Shown: piece by piece, positions 45,121 through 56,173 of the stretch
Layout of the letters: each line of letters starts with the position of its first letter
How positions within the stretch are numbered: position 1 is the first letter of the stretch
Assembly: GCA_031283585.1 (NCBI GenBank)
Contig: JAITBP010000010.1
Coordinates: forward strand, 11,565 to 75,564
Origin: Puniceicoccales bacterium
Lineage (GTDB): Bacteria; Verrucomicrobiota; Verrucomicrobiia; Opitutales; LL51
Direction: 5' to 3'
DNA length: 64,000 bases
Translations under genes and position numbers: made by a program
Notes under the pieces: generated by a model
What the model was told of the DNA's origin: nothing
Seen by the model: the letters and a program-made list of their open reading frames with translations, nothing else
Database searches by the model: none

Positions 45121-46242
45121 TTATTGTTTCCTTGTTTTTGGACAACCTGCTTTCAGCCAAGCATTTATGAACATATCTATATCACCATCCATTATTGCCT
45201 GGAGATTTGTTCCTTCCACACCGGTACGCAGATCTTTCACCAATTGATAGGGCTGAAACACATAGCTGCGTATTTGGTTTCCCCAACCAATTTCACCTTT
45301 TTCGCCATAAAATTTGTCCATCTCCGAACGTTTTTCATCCTGCATTCTTTCATATATCCTGGCTCTAAGCGTTTTCATTGCTGAGTCTTTATTTTTATAC
45401 TGGGACCTCTCGTTCTGGCATGTCACAACTATGCCCGTTGGCAGATGAGTTATTCTGATGGCAGATTCGGTTTTATTCACATGTTGGCCGCCTTTTCCAC
45501 TAGAACGGTAGGTATCTATCCGGATATCATCCTCCTGTATATTTACGGCAATGTCATCTTCTATTTCCGCAATAACATCCACCGAGCAAAAGGACGTGTG
45601 GCGCTTATGGTTTGCATCGAATGGGCTAAGCCTTACCAGTCTATGTACACCACGCTCGGCCTTTGCATAGCCATAGGCATTCTTCCCAACTAACCTAAGG
45701 GTAATACTGTTCAGGCCTACACCATCACCTTCCTGAATATCCTGAACCTCGACCGTAAAACCTCTACGCTCGGCCCATCTCATATACATCCTAAATAACA
45801 TATCGGCCCAATCACAGGATTCGGTTCCTCCGGCCCCGGCATGTATACTAAATATGGCATTACAGTGATCCTGGGGCTGATTCAAAAAAGACACCAATTC
45901 CAGTGAATCAAGCTCGTTGGCCAAGGTACCAACCGTGGCTGAAAGCTCCTGAAGATGCTCTTCATTGTCATTCTGTTGGTCAATCAATTCAGCTAGAATC
46001 ATCGCATCATCAAGCTTTTGCCTAAATTCAATAATCGCTTTGATCGAGGTTTTTAGATCGCTTACCTTGCCCACCGTATTCTGTGCATTTTCCTGATTGT
46101 TCCAGAAATTATTAGTAGCCATTTCTGTTTCCAGCCTATTGATTTCAAGCTTCTTACCTGATACATCCAGGAAATCAGCAATTGCCTCGGAACGCTTGAT
46201 TAAATCCTTGATAGATGCACTGATTTCTGCTGGAATGGCCAT
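45121..46242 (-). CDS. prfB: peptide chain release factor 2 (single uninterrupted frame)
   Basis: 373 aa. SPF tripeptide (RLSPFDA) and GGQ motif (SGKGGQHVNKT). The N-terminal ..AIADFLDVSGKK.. is continuous across the position where many bacteria have the +1 frameshift. Confidence 0.9.
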   Translation of the reverse strand: MAIPAEISASIKDLIKRSEAIADFLDVSGKKLEINRLETEMATNNFWNNQENAQNTVGKVSDLKTSIKAIIEFRQKLDDAMILAELIDQQNDNEEHLQELSATVGTLANELDSLELVSFLNQPQDHCNAIFSIHAGAGGTESCDWADMLFRMYMRWAERRGFTVEVQDIQEGDGVGLNSITLRLVGKNAYGYAKAERGVHRLVRLSPFDANHKRHTSFCSVDVIAEIEDDIAVNIQEDDIRIDTYRSSGKGGQHVNKTESAIRITHLPTGIVVTCQNERSQYKNKDSAMKTLRARIYERMQDEKRSEMDKFYGEKGEIGWGNQIRSYVFQPYQLVKDLRTGVEGTNLQAIMDGDIDMFINAWLKAGCPKTRKQ

Positions 46243-46297
46243 GTATGTGGAACTAATCTTACCTGGGACCAGCTATCGTCAATTAAAATTAAATAAA

Positions 46298-47653
46298 TTA
46301 AATAAAACCCTTGATGAATTGAATAGCACCTGGTTCATCAAAAAATTTACCATTCAGCTGTGCTTCAAAGGCCAAATCCAACAATTGACTAAAATTTTTC
46401 CCCGGTACCAGGCCAAGGTCGATTAGATGTCTCCCAAGCAACAGCGGTGTGGGTTTCTCATACAATACACCGAGCTTTTTGGCACGATCCTGTATTAACT
46501 CCTCATTGGTACCATGAATTTTTACCCTACGAAATGTGTCGCAAAGAGATACTTTTATCAACAGATCTATCCGCTCAACCTGGGTTGCCAAAACCCGTAT
46601 GTCTGTGTCCATGTCATTGCTTTTCACTATATCTCTGATATCCATATGATGCTCAACAAGATGAAGTACTTGGTCTACAATGCGTTTTGGCACACGCATT
46701 CTTTCCAAAAATACTCTGGCAGGAGCAACACCACATTTGGCATGGCCATGGTTGTGTATTCCATTTTTATCGCGAAACATGGTGGCTGGTTTGCCAAAAT
46801 CATGGCATAGCAGTGCAAACCCAACGACCATATCGTCAAAAACATCACCGCTTCTAACCCTAGGAAAATAATCCATGGCCAGGCAAACATGTTCGAAAAC
46901 GTCGCCCTCGGGGTGTAGTATTGGATCTTGTTCACAGCCAACAAGATTGCTCACCTCTGGAAAATATCTCAGCCATCCACAGGCTTTCAGAAATCTGAGG
47001 CCTCTCGACGGGGTTTTCCCTAGCAATAGTAATTTTTTCCATTCTCCTAAAATCCGTTCACAAGAAATATTATCGCAGGAAAGACCTCGTGAAATCTCAA
47101 TGGTTTCCTCGGCCACAGTCATATCAAATCTCGCCGTAAATTGCATCGCTCTGAGAACTCTCAGTGGATCCTCGGCAAATTTATCGCTGGTGTGTCTAAG
47201 TAGTTTATTTTTTATATCCTTCAGGCCATCGAACCTGTCAATCACCTGGTTAGATAGCAGATCAAAATATAGGGCATTTATGGTGAAGTCCCTACGTGAT
47301 GCTGCCATGGCAATATCCATATCTGTCCTCTCAACTATGGAAAATGTTCTGTGAGTTTCACCAATCTTTTCCTCGGTTCTTGGCACAGAAATATCCATAT
47401 CAAGGCCATGAATCTTGATTACACCAAAACTCTTACCAACATAATCTATATCGTGATCTTTAGCCAATATCGATGAAAGAACGTCAGAACTAATATTAAA
47501 AACTTCCAGGTCTAGGTCTGTGATCGGTTCGCCAAGAATCGCATCTCTAACACAGCCACCAACAAAATAACATTTCGCTCCATTTGAATGCAGGGTAGAT
47601 AAAACTTTCCTAAGTTTTCCGGTTGATGCTAAATCTACGAGCTCCTGTAACAT
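46298..47653 (-). CDS. cca: CCA-adding tRNA nucleotidyltransferase with HD domain
   Basis: 451 aa. Motifs GGCVRD, DLDLEV and RRDFTINA, plus the HD region LCHDFGK. Confidence 0.85.
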   Translation of the reverse strand: MLQELVDLASTGKLRKVLSTLHSNGAKCYFVGGCVRDAILGEPITDLDLEVFNISSDVLSSILAKDHDIDYVGKSFGVIKIHGLDMDISVPRTEEKIGETHRTFSIVERTDMDIAMAASRRDFTINALYFDLLSNQVIDRFDGLKDIKNKLLRHTSDKFAEDPLRVLRAMQFTARFDMTVAEETIEISRGLSCDNISCERILGEWKKLLLLGKTPSRGLRFLKACGWLRYFPEVSNLVGCEQDPILHPEGDVFEHVCLAMDYFPRVRSGDVFDDMVVGFALLCHDFGKPATMFRDKNGIHNHGHAKCGVAPARVFLERMRVPKRIVDQVLHLVEHHMDIRDIVKSNDMDTDIRVLATQVERIDLLIKVSLCDTFRRVKIHGTNEELIQDRAKKLGVLYEKPTPLLLGRHLIDLGLVPGKNFSQLLDLAFEAQLNGKFFDEPGAIQFIKGFI

Positions 47654-47694
47654 TTAGATTGGCTATATATAAACATAAAAATTTTACCATAAAA

Positions 47695-47716
47695 AAGAGG
47701 ACCATAAGGTCCTCTT
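47695..47716 (-). terminator. rho-independent terminator after the 544-aa gene
   Basis: Perfect 9-bp stem AAGAGGACC / GGTCCTCTT with a 4-nt loop. On the minus strand it is followed by TTTTATGG. Confidence 0.75.
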
Positions 47717-47743
47717 GGTGGTAATTTTACCTAAATATAGTAA

Positions 47744-49378
47744 TCAATTGTTGATAATCTCCGCCACACTGGACACGAAATTAACAACACTATTGCTCAC
47801 ACCCTTTCCAAAGTATCCATCAATCAATCTGGTAGTCAAGGTTTCAAGGTTATCATTCATACTTTTCAGTGACTCTTTTCTCTGTCTGCATTTTTTATCA
47901 CCTGTGTTGCGAAAAAATCTACCCGTTGCCGGATCAAACAGATTCCGTTGCTGAAGCTCAAACATCAATGAGCGTATAGTAGGTACCTCCAGTGACCTGA
48001 TCATATTTGCTGTAAAATTTTCAATTATTACATAGGCATTTTGTGTCATATGGATTTTCAATACATTACATAATAACTTAATATTGGTCAAGATTCGGAC
48101 CAATATTATATTAAACAGCCCACCATTTCCTTTTATAGCCTCTGAAGAATTTCTAAGCATAGTAATCTGTTCCTGAGTAACACATCCATTCAGTAATCCT
48201 TGATGGTACACTTCATCATTGGACAGGCATAATCTTATATTATCCTGCAATTCTGCAATATTATCAATATTATCATTTTCCAATGCACCTATTATCATTT
48301 CCTTTGCAAAATTTGGGAAAAACTTAGCAAGATTCATATAGATCATTATGATAATCATGTTTTGCAAATTTTGTGGTATGCCGTTTGAAAAATCTATACC
48401 ACAACCGACCTCTTCCCAACGCTTTTGTAAAATTGTGTTTACGAAACACAGATCAAACCCAATGCCATTTAATAATTCATACTCAAGATTTGAGCACATA
48501 CGCGCAAAACTCATTGGAAGAGGCATTTTGTCGACATGATTACAGAATCCGAAACAGGATACCTCAGAACATCTAGCTTCAGAAGCTCTATGATAATCTC
48601 CTGCATAACTGCCTAAGCAAGTTCCTACCAAATTGACCACATTAGAACCTACCTGATTAAGTATGGTTCGTATTTGATTTTCAATCTCACACATAACCTG
48701 CCTTGAAATTTTGATATCAAAACCATGGCAGACAAGCAGTATTTCATCGATGGCTCGCAGTCCTACTTGATGCAAAAATCCATTATTTCCGGAAACAGCA
48801 TTATTGACAAAATATCTTATGGCCATCTGCTCTCTACCGTTTAACCTATTGCTATCTGGCACATAGGTGAATGGATCACTATTAGCTATAAATAGCCGCA
48901 GACTGTCCGATTCCTCCATACCTTGTATGACACAGCCATTATCTCTAAATTCATTTATAATTTGCCTAACAAACGATGGCAATTCATCTGCCACTATACG
49001 CAGAGCTATATACTTCATTGAATTTATTATATTCGAAACCGTATCTTCGTCGAATAATTCACTCAATGTTATGCTAACCGAAGACATAGTTTTTTTGAGC
49101 ATTTTATTTCTGTATCTGGTCGATTCACGTCCTCGTGGATTCTCACCTAGATTAAATCCCATAGAAACCGGGTCATAGACAAAAGATCTAGCTCCGTGTA
49201 ACTTATTCAATAGTCTAGGCATTTCCAGATTACGCTGTTGTGCCACGACCAAATTACGCCGTTGTGCCACAATATTTTTATCACTATTATTTTTATTAGT
49301 CTTGCCAGCCAATGCAATTCCTGATGATAACCCACTAATAGCTGCGTAGGCTAAATATTTCTTAATATTAATATCCAT
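47744..49378 (-). CDS. hypothetical 544-aa protein with a signal-like N-terminus (lineage-specific)
   Basis: The N-terminus is KKYLAYAAISGLSSGIALAG, with a short internal repeat VAQRRNLVVAQQRNL. It is Cys-rich and carries no motif I recognise. It is very AT-rich: two 60-nt lines counted 25% and 28% GC. Confidence 0.5.
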   Translation of the reverse strand: MDINIKKYLAYAAISGLSSGIALAGKTNKNNSDKNIVAQRRNLVVAQQRNLEMPRLLNKLHGARSFVYDPVSMGFNLGENPRGRESTRYRNKMLKKTMSSVSITLSELFDEDTVSNIINSMKYIALRIVADELPSFVRQIINEFRDNGCVIQGMEESDSLRLFIANSDPFTYVPDSNRLNGREQMAIRYFVNNAVSGNNGFLHQVGLRAIDEILLVCHGFDIKISRQVMCEIENQIRTILNQVGSNVVNLVGTCLGSYAGDYHRASEARCSEVSCFGFCNHVDKMPLPMSFARMCSNLEYELLNGIGFDLCFVNTILQKRWEEVGCGIDFSNGIPQNLQNMIIIMIYMNLAKFFPNFAKEMIIGALENDNIDNIAELQDNIRLCLSNDEVYHQGLLNGCVTQEQITMLRNSSEAIKGNGGLFNIILVRILTNIKLLCNVLKIHMTQNAYVIIENFTANMIRSLEVPTIRSLMFELQQRNLFDPATGRFFRNTGDKKCRQRKESLKSMNDNLETLTTRLIDGYFGKGVSNSVVNFVSSVAEIINN

Positions 49379-49599
49379 GATGAAAAGAATTTTATTGAAT
49401 TTTTTTTTAATATCTATAGAGGGAGCACTTTTTTACTTTAAATGTAATTAACCATTCAATTTGATAATTAATTAATAACTTTCTTGACAATTTTGATAAT
49501 GTAACCTACCTCTGTTTTTACATTTGCATCCTTTAATATTTTTTATTATCTATGCATATATAAATCCCCGTGTGAATATCTTGACAAAATTACAATCCT

Positions 49600-50973
49600 G
49601 TGATTTTGGTAAATAGAGTTATGTTGACTAAATACAAACCAGGTAGCGTTGCTGAGTTATGGGCCATATCTTGGCCTATGATGATGGCTGCCTTGTCGAA
49701 TTATTTCATGACACTTGTCGATAGAATAATTCTGATAAAATACTCCATCGATGCATTTAATGCGGCTTCCTGCGCCCATCCATTCTATTGGTCATGCATG
49801 CGAACCATGATGTCATTCATAGCTGTAACAAGCGTATTTGTCGGATATTTTAATGGTACAAGGAAATATCATCACATAGGCAACGTGGTATGGCAAACCA
49901 TATTTGTTTCCTTTGCCTATTGGATAATTTTGATTCCAATGATGATATATGCCAAAGCATTTTTGGCAGAACCCATTGAAGCTCTTGGCACACCCTATCT
50001 CAGAATTATACTGGCATTTTTACCTTTTTCACTGGCTGGATTTGGGTCCATAGGGTCATTTTTCGTCGGTCGAGGAGATACGCTACTGATGCCGCTAGTG
50101 CTGATTATTTCAAACCTAGTAAACATTATTGCAGATGTAGTCCTCGTCTTTGGAAAGCTAGGTATGCCAGAGATGGGAATAAAAGGTGCAGCCTATGCTA
50201 CGGGAATATCAAATGTTACCGCTTTTATCATATTTCTAATGATATTTTTGAGAAAAAATTATGCAGAAAAGTTTCATACAAACGAGATCAAGCTATCACC
50301 GGGATTATTAAAAAAATGTTTTTCCATAGGGTTTCCAAGCTCTATGAATTCGCTGATAAACTCTATTGGCACAGCAGTAATATTCCAGATTATAGCAAAA
50401 TTTTGTACCAGCGATGACCTGGTTTACTATAACATAGCTTCGTCCATATATATGTTTTTCTGGTTTGTTTTGGATGGTATCGGCAAAGGTGTATGTTCCA
50501 TATCATCGAATAGCATAGGCAGTGGCGAACTTCAGACGATCAAACACGTATTCCTGTCCTCGTTGAAAATAACCTGTCTATTTGCCGTGGTAACAAGCTT
50601 TTTTATGATTATCAATACCGATATTATAATGTTTATGTTCTCCAATGATAATTATCAAAAAAACGCAGATAATATTTTGGCCAATATGCTGATCTGGACC
50701 TGGGTAAACATAGTAATCGAAAGTATTCGTTGGACCCTTCAAAACATATTGATTTCTGCCGGTGATACTAAGTTCACAACCGTTTCCAATATAACATGCT
50801 TTTGGTTTTTTGCCTTCGCACCAATATCGGTACTGATATGTAAATTTGGCTATGGAGCATTGATATGCTGGCCGTTTTTCGCCTTCGACAATATCATGAG
50901 AATCATACCTAATATTATTAGAGTCACCTCATTAAAGTTTAAAAACAAAGCCATGACCTTGTCCTATTACTGA
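49600..50973 (+). CDS. MATE-family efflux transporter
   Basis: 457 aa and about 12 TM. The N-terminal ELWAISWPMMMAALSNYFMTLVDRIIL is typical of MatE repeats. The start is GTG. Confidence 0.8.
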   Translation: MILVNRVMLTKYKPGSVAELWAISWPMMMAALSNYFMTLVDRIILIKYSIDAFNAASCAHPFYWSCMRTMMSFIAVTSVFVGYFNGTRKYHHIGNVVWQTIFVSFAYWIILIPMMIYAKAFLAEPIEALGTPYLRIILAFLPFSLAGFGSIGSFFVGRGDTLLMPLVLIISNLVNIIADVVLVFGKLGMPEMGIKGAAYATGISNVTAFIIFLMIFLRKNYAEKFHTNEIKLSPGLLKKCFSIGFPSSMNSLINSIGTAVIFQIIAKFCTSDDLVYYNIASSIYMFFWFVLDGIGKGVCSISSNSIGSGELQTIKHVFLSSLKITCLFAVVTSFFMIINTDIIMFMFSNDNYQKNADNILANMLIWTWVNIVIESIRWTLQNILISAGDTKFTTVSNITCFWFFAFAPISVLICKFGYGALICWPFFAFDNIMRIIPNIIRVTSLKFKNKAMTLSYY

Positions 50974-51254
50974 TTCTGTCGATCGGTGTTATCTTTGCCA
51001 TGCTTTGCACCGATTGAGGTTATACAAAACTCCAACATGCTATTGAGTGTTTCTTTATCCTGTTCTTCCAGCCATGAAATCTTGTCGCCTAGCTTAAGTA
51101 ATTGCACCTGCTTCCATTGGCAATTTTTACAACATTCACATTCATAGTCCAAAGGACAGGATAATAAAAGCCTGGCGATCTGTTGTTCCCGTGACAATCT
51201 AAAAAACTCTTCTTGGTTTTCTAACACATTGCATATCCTGGAACTTTTGTACAA
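50967..51254 (-). CDS. small Cys-rich hypothetical protein
   Basis: 95 aa with the cluster CPLDYECECCKNCQW. Function unknown. Confidence 0.35.
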   Translation of the reverse strand: MYKSSRICNVLENQEEFFRLSREQQIARLLLSCPLDYECECCKNCQWKQVQLLKLGDKISWLEEQDKETLNSMLEFCITSIGAKHGKDNTDRQNQ

Positions 51255-51383
51255 TTTTCAACTTGAGGTAATCGATATCACAAGATTTACAAAAAATTAT
51301 TTATGTATAAAAAGTATGTCGATTCTTGTAAAAACACATTTGCTCTTGCCCATTGATACCAGCAATTAATACTAATCAAGTCT

Positions 51384-52835
51384 ATGCATGAATCACAGAC
51401 TGTCGAAAAAAACGAAAAAAACGAAAAAAACGAAAAAGACAAAAAAAAATACGACATAGCCATAATAGGTAGCGGATTGGCAGGGTTGACCGCCGCAAAC
51501 TATCTCGCAAAACTTGGTTACAAGGTGTCAATATTTGAACAACACTACGAAATCGGTGGTCTTGCAGCCTGGTTTTCAAGAAAGGGAGGCCATATTTTCG
51601 ATGTATCATTGCATGGGTTTCCCCAGGGTATGGTCAAATCCTGCAGAAAATATTGGACAAAAGAGATCGCTGACAGCATCGTGCAATTGAAAAGGATCCG
51701 TTTCGTGAATCCACAGTTTGACATCGAAACAACCTTCACAAGAGAAGATTTTACGAAAATTCTTGTGAAAAAATTCGGCCTGGCCACAGAGCAGGTCGAG
51801 GCATTCTTTACCAGCCTACGTAAGATGAATTTTTATGATGACGACCTGCGCAGCACAAAGCAGCTATTCGAGGAATTTTTCCCAGGACGCAGCGATGTGC
51901 ATAGATTATTACTGGAACCAATAGCCTATGCCAACGGTTCCACCCTGGATGACGAGGCAATAACCTATGGTATCGTGTTCTCTAACTTCATGAGCAATGG
52001 AGTGTTCACCTTCGAAGGAGGTACTGACAGCTTGATAAATAAAATGTCCAATGAACTAAAATCCCATGGCGTAGACATCTTTACCCGTAGCAAGGTCGAA
52101 AAAATTCTCGTAGATTCGGACGGAGTTTCACAAAAGAAGGTGATTGGTATTGTTGTAAATGGTCAAAATATCTATTGCCGAACTGTGATTTCAAATGCCA
52201 ATATATTGTTTACCATATCCACATTGGTCGGTGAAGATAAATTTCCAAAAGAATTCCTGAAAAAAAACCGTTCTGTCCGGATTAATAATAGTTCCTGCCA
52301 GGCCTATCTAGGCATCAGAAAGGGAGAAACAATTCCGGATATAGGAGATCTGATTTTTTCTTCGGAAAATAAGGAACTGGACAGTAAGGAGTTATGCCAT
52401 TTCCATACCAAAAGCAGGACCTTTTCGATGTACTATCCGAAAACCAGGCCACAGCATGAACCTAGCTACGCCATCGTGGCTTCAATGAACGCAAACTGGG
52501 ATGACTGGGCCAGTCTATCCAAGGAGGAATACAAAAAAGAAAAGTCAAGAATCATCGAAGATTCTATAGTTTCGTTGGAAAAATTCATACCAGATGTCCG
52601 GTCAAAAATAGATTACACCGAAGCGGCAACTCCATTGACATTCAACCGGTATACATCCCATCCAAAGGGAACTTCGTTTGGTACAAAATTTGAAGGCCTC
52701 GAGGTTTCCATGGATCTCCCAAATCAGATAACCGGCCTATATCACACCGGCTCCGTGGGAATAATAATGTCCGGGTGGCTTGGAGCCATGAACTACGGAG
52801 TCATTGTGGCTCACAAAGTTGCTAGCATTTTATGA
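51384..52835 (+). CDS. FAD/NAD(P)-dependent oxidoreductase, phytoene-desaturase (CrtI)-like family
   Basis: 483 aa. The dinucleotide motif is [30 protein letters not shown]. An N-terminal [12 protein letters not shown] is encoded by a 9-bp repeat (gaaaaaaac) x3. Confidence 0.7.
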   Translation: MHESQTVEKNEKNEKNEKDKKKYDIAIIGSGLAGLTAANYLAKLGYKVSIFEQHYEIGGLAAWFSRKGGHIFDVSLHGFPQGMVKSCRKYWTKEIADSIVQLKRIRFVNPQFDIETTFTREDFTKILVKKFGLATEQVEAFFTSLRKMNFYDDDLRSTKQLFEEFFPGRSDVHRLLLEPIAYANGSTLDDEAITYGIVFSNFMSNGVFTFEGGTDSLINKMSNELKSHGVDIFTRSKVEKILVDSDGVSQKKVIGIVVNGQNIYCRTVISNANILFTISTLVGEDKFPKEFLKKNRSVRINNSSCQAYLGIRKGETIPDIGDLIFSSENKELDSKELCHFHTKSRTFSMYYPKTRPQHEPSYAIVASMNANWDDWASLSKEEYKKEKSRIIEDSIVSLEKFIPDVRSKIDYTEAATPLTFNRYTSHPKGTSFGTKFEGLEVSMDLPNQITGLYHTGSVGIIMSGWLGAMNYGVIVAHKVASIL

Positions 52836-52862
52836 TTAAACCCTTGTGTTTATTTAACATAG

Positions 52863-54197
<1,335 letters not shown>

Positions 54198-54236
54198 TGA
54201 TTATGGATTGGCCAACCAATAAATTGCTAAACAAAA

Positions 54237-54701
54237 ATGGCCGAACATATATTAATCGATGGCTACAATGTTATCCATTCAATAAAAGAATTCAAAAAAA
54301 ATTTATCTTTTGGTATAAATGCTTCGGCCCAAATTTTTATCCAGGAAGCATCCAGGTTGCTAATGATCATAGATAAGGTCACGCTAGTCTTTGACGGCAA
54401 GGATACTAAAACCACCATCGACTACCCCTATAATAGCAAAAGGTTTTGCGTGATATATTCGGATAAAAATACCACTGCCGACACACTTATAGAGCGGATT
54501 GTGAGAGAATCCAAGCACCCCATAAACTGCACCGTAATGACCAATGACCATGCCCTCGGTGATACCATAAGATCCGTCGGTGGGATCGTAATGCCATCAG
54601 AAGAGCTAATCAACCTTATTTCCGGTGGAGAATCTGTCTGTAAAAGAAGAATTATCTCCAGTAATAATGACCAATCCTTCGGCAATAAGCTATTTGAATG
54701 A
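54237..54701 (+). CDS. NYN/PIN-like YacP (Rae1) family RNA-binding/ribonuclease protein
   Basis: 154 aa. The N-terminal ILIDGYNVIH and VTLVFDG motifs are typical of YacP. Confidence 0.7.
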   Translation: MAEHILIDGYNVIHSIKEFKKNLSFGINASAQIFIQEASRLLMIIDKVTLVFDGKDTKTTIDYPYNSKRFCVIYSDKNTTADTLIERIVRESKHPINCTVMTNDHALGDTIRSVGGIVMPSEELINLISGGESVCKRRIISSNNDQSFGNKLFE

Positions 54702-54939
54702 ATAAAATAGCAAATACATTTGAAAAATAGATTGAATATTGCATAATAGTAGTTAGCTAATTCAGAACAGCAAGTAGATGCATTGCGTTTCGGCGTGAAG
54801 ATTTCCAGGTTGTCACAGATTGTTACAATCAAGAAAGTGGCTACTACAAGCAGATCGAAGGTATATCGTGCCATGGGGTTACTTTTCGATGACGATCTCG
54901 TGGCATAACAACATACAGTATAAAAAAAATAATAATATC

Positions 54940-55326
54940 ATGAGGATTTATGTAGGAAATCTTTCGCAGGACTCCACAGAGGATGGCGTGAAGATTGCAT
55001 TTGAAGCTCACGGTGAAGTAGAAAGCGTGAGATTTATAGTTGATCGGGATACAAACCAACCCAAAGGATTTGGATTCATCGAGATGCCGAAGCAAAACGA
55101 AGCAGTGGCTGCCATAACAGCATTGAATGGCAGCGAACTAGATGGCAATGAACTGATTGTCAGCGAAGCTAGGCCAAAACCAAATCCAAGGTTCAGGTCC
55201 GGTGGCGGCGGCTTCCGGGGTGGCTATCGAGATGGAAGAGGTGGCGGTGGATCCCACGGTGACTTTGGTGACCGAAATCGGCGTTCCGGCGGAGGATTCC
55301 GCGGGAGTCGTGGTGGCGATCGCTAA
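54940..55326 (+). CDS. RRM-type RNA-binding protein with an RGG-rich tail
   Basis: 128 aa counted from ATG 54940. RNP2 is RIYVGNL and RNP1 is KGFGFIEM. The C-terminal reads GGGGFRGGYRDGRGGGG..GGGFRGSRGGDR. Confidence 0.85.
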   Translation: MRIYVGNLSQDSTEDGVKIAFEAHGEVESVRFIVDRDTNQPKGFGFIEMPKQNEAVAAITALNGSELDGNELIVSEARPKPNPRFRSGGGGFRGGYRDGRGGGGSHGDFGDRNRRSGGGFRGSRGGDR

Positions 55327-55353
55327 CAGTTAAAACCTATTCCAAAGTTTTCA

Positions 55354-55386
55354 CCGGCCCTATCCATTGGGTCGGGTTTATTTTTA
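55354..55386 (+). terminator. rho-independent terminator after the RRM gene
   Basis: Stem CCGGCCC / GGGTCGG (one G-U pair), an 8-nt loop, then GTTTATTTTT. Confidence 0.65.
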
Positions 55387-55478
55387 TAATTATTTAGACC
55401 TAGGCATGCTGTGGTCCTAAAGTCGGCACAGTTTTTATTTCATCCTGGATTATAATTGCAATACATCGATATTGTTAT

Positions 55479-56171
55479 ATGGATGTAGACCAATTGGATG
55501 GGTATATAATGACCGATTCTGTCCCCAGTCACTGGGAAAACAGATGTTTCTCGATTATAGAGATCATCATTACCCTGGCAATCATTGGTATAATAGCCAC
55601 GGCCACGGTACCGATGATAAAAAAACTTACATGGAATGCCAATAGGGCGAACGGTGCATCTAATATGAGGCAAATAACCTTGGCTTATGTTCTGCTCCTG
55701 TCCGAAAAAAACATTAGCCCAGCAACGGAAGCAGCTTCAATAGTTTCGAATGCCCAGCCGGGTCAAATAACCGACCATATCTATGCAGCCATACTCACCA
55801 AACACAGAAATGATTTGAGTCCAAAAATCTTTGCCTGGAAGTCAGATAAAATGGTAAAAACATTCGTCAGGACCAATAAATTTCCATCCACCATCCTTAG
55901 CAAACAAACCGGTCAGATGGCCGATAATTTTTCAAACCTTCCGCTGAGTGTGCATTTTTTTGAGGTGGATCCGGATGTTTTTAATAGGCGTATGTCCCCA
56001 TCTCTAGTACCAGTGGTATGTTCCCGTGGCCTAGCCATTGAACCAGATGGCACATTTAAACTTGATCCGGAAACCGGTGTGTTTGGAGACACGGGTGCTT
56101 TCCTAGGCTTTCTTGATGGCCATGTGGAATGGTGTGATACGGCTGATCTAGCCACACTAAATAGGCATTAA
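55479..56171 (+). CDS. prepilin-type N-terminal domain protein (pseudopilin) with a DG-type C-terminal motif
   Basis: The N-terminal ..ENRCFSIIEIIITLAIIGIIATATVP is a class III signal-like F-S-I-I-E plus hydrophobic helix, but with Cys where Gly(-1) is expected. The C-terminal AFLGFLDGHVEW is present. The likely start is ATG 55509. Confidence 0.7.
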   Translation: MDVDQLDGYIMTDSVPSHWENRCFSIIEIIITLAIIGIIATATVPMIKKLTWNANRANGASNMRQITLAYVLLLSEKNISPATEAASIVSNAQPGQITDHIYAAILTKHRNDLSPKIFAWKSDKMVKTFVRTNKFPSTILSKQTGQMADNFSNLPLSVHFFEVDPDVFNRRMSPSLVPVVCSRGLAIEPDGTFKLDPETGVFGDTGAFLGFLDGHVEWCDTADLATLNRH

Positions 56172-56173
56172 AG

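Noticed and set aside
45121-46242. Expected programmed +1 frameshift in prfB
   Set aside because: The N-terminal region (..AIADFLDVSGKK..) is continuous in one frame from ATG 46242. No in-frame TGA or CTT-TGA-C slippery site is needed, so RF2 here is simply not frameshift-regulated, as in a minority of bacteria.
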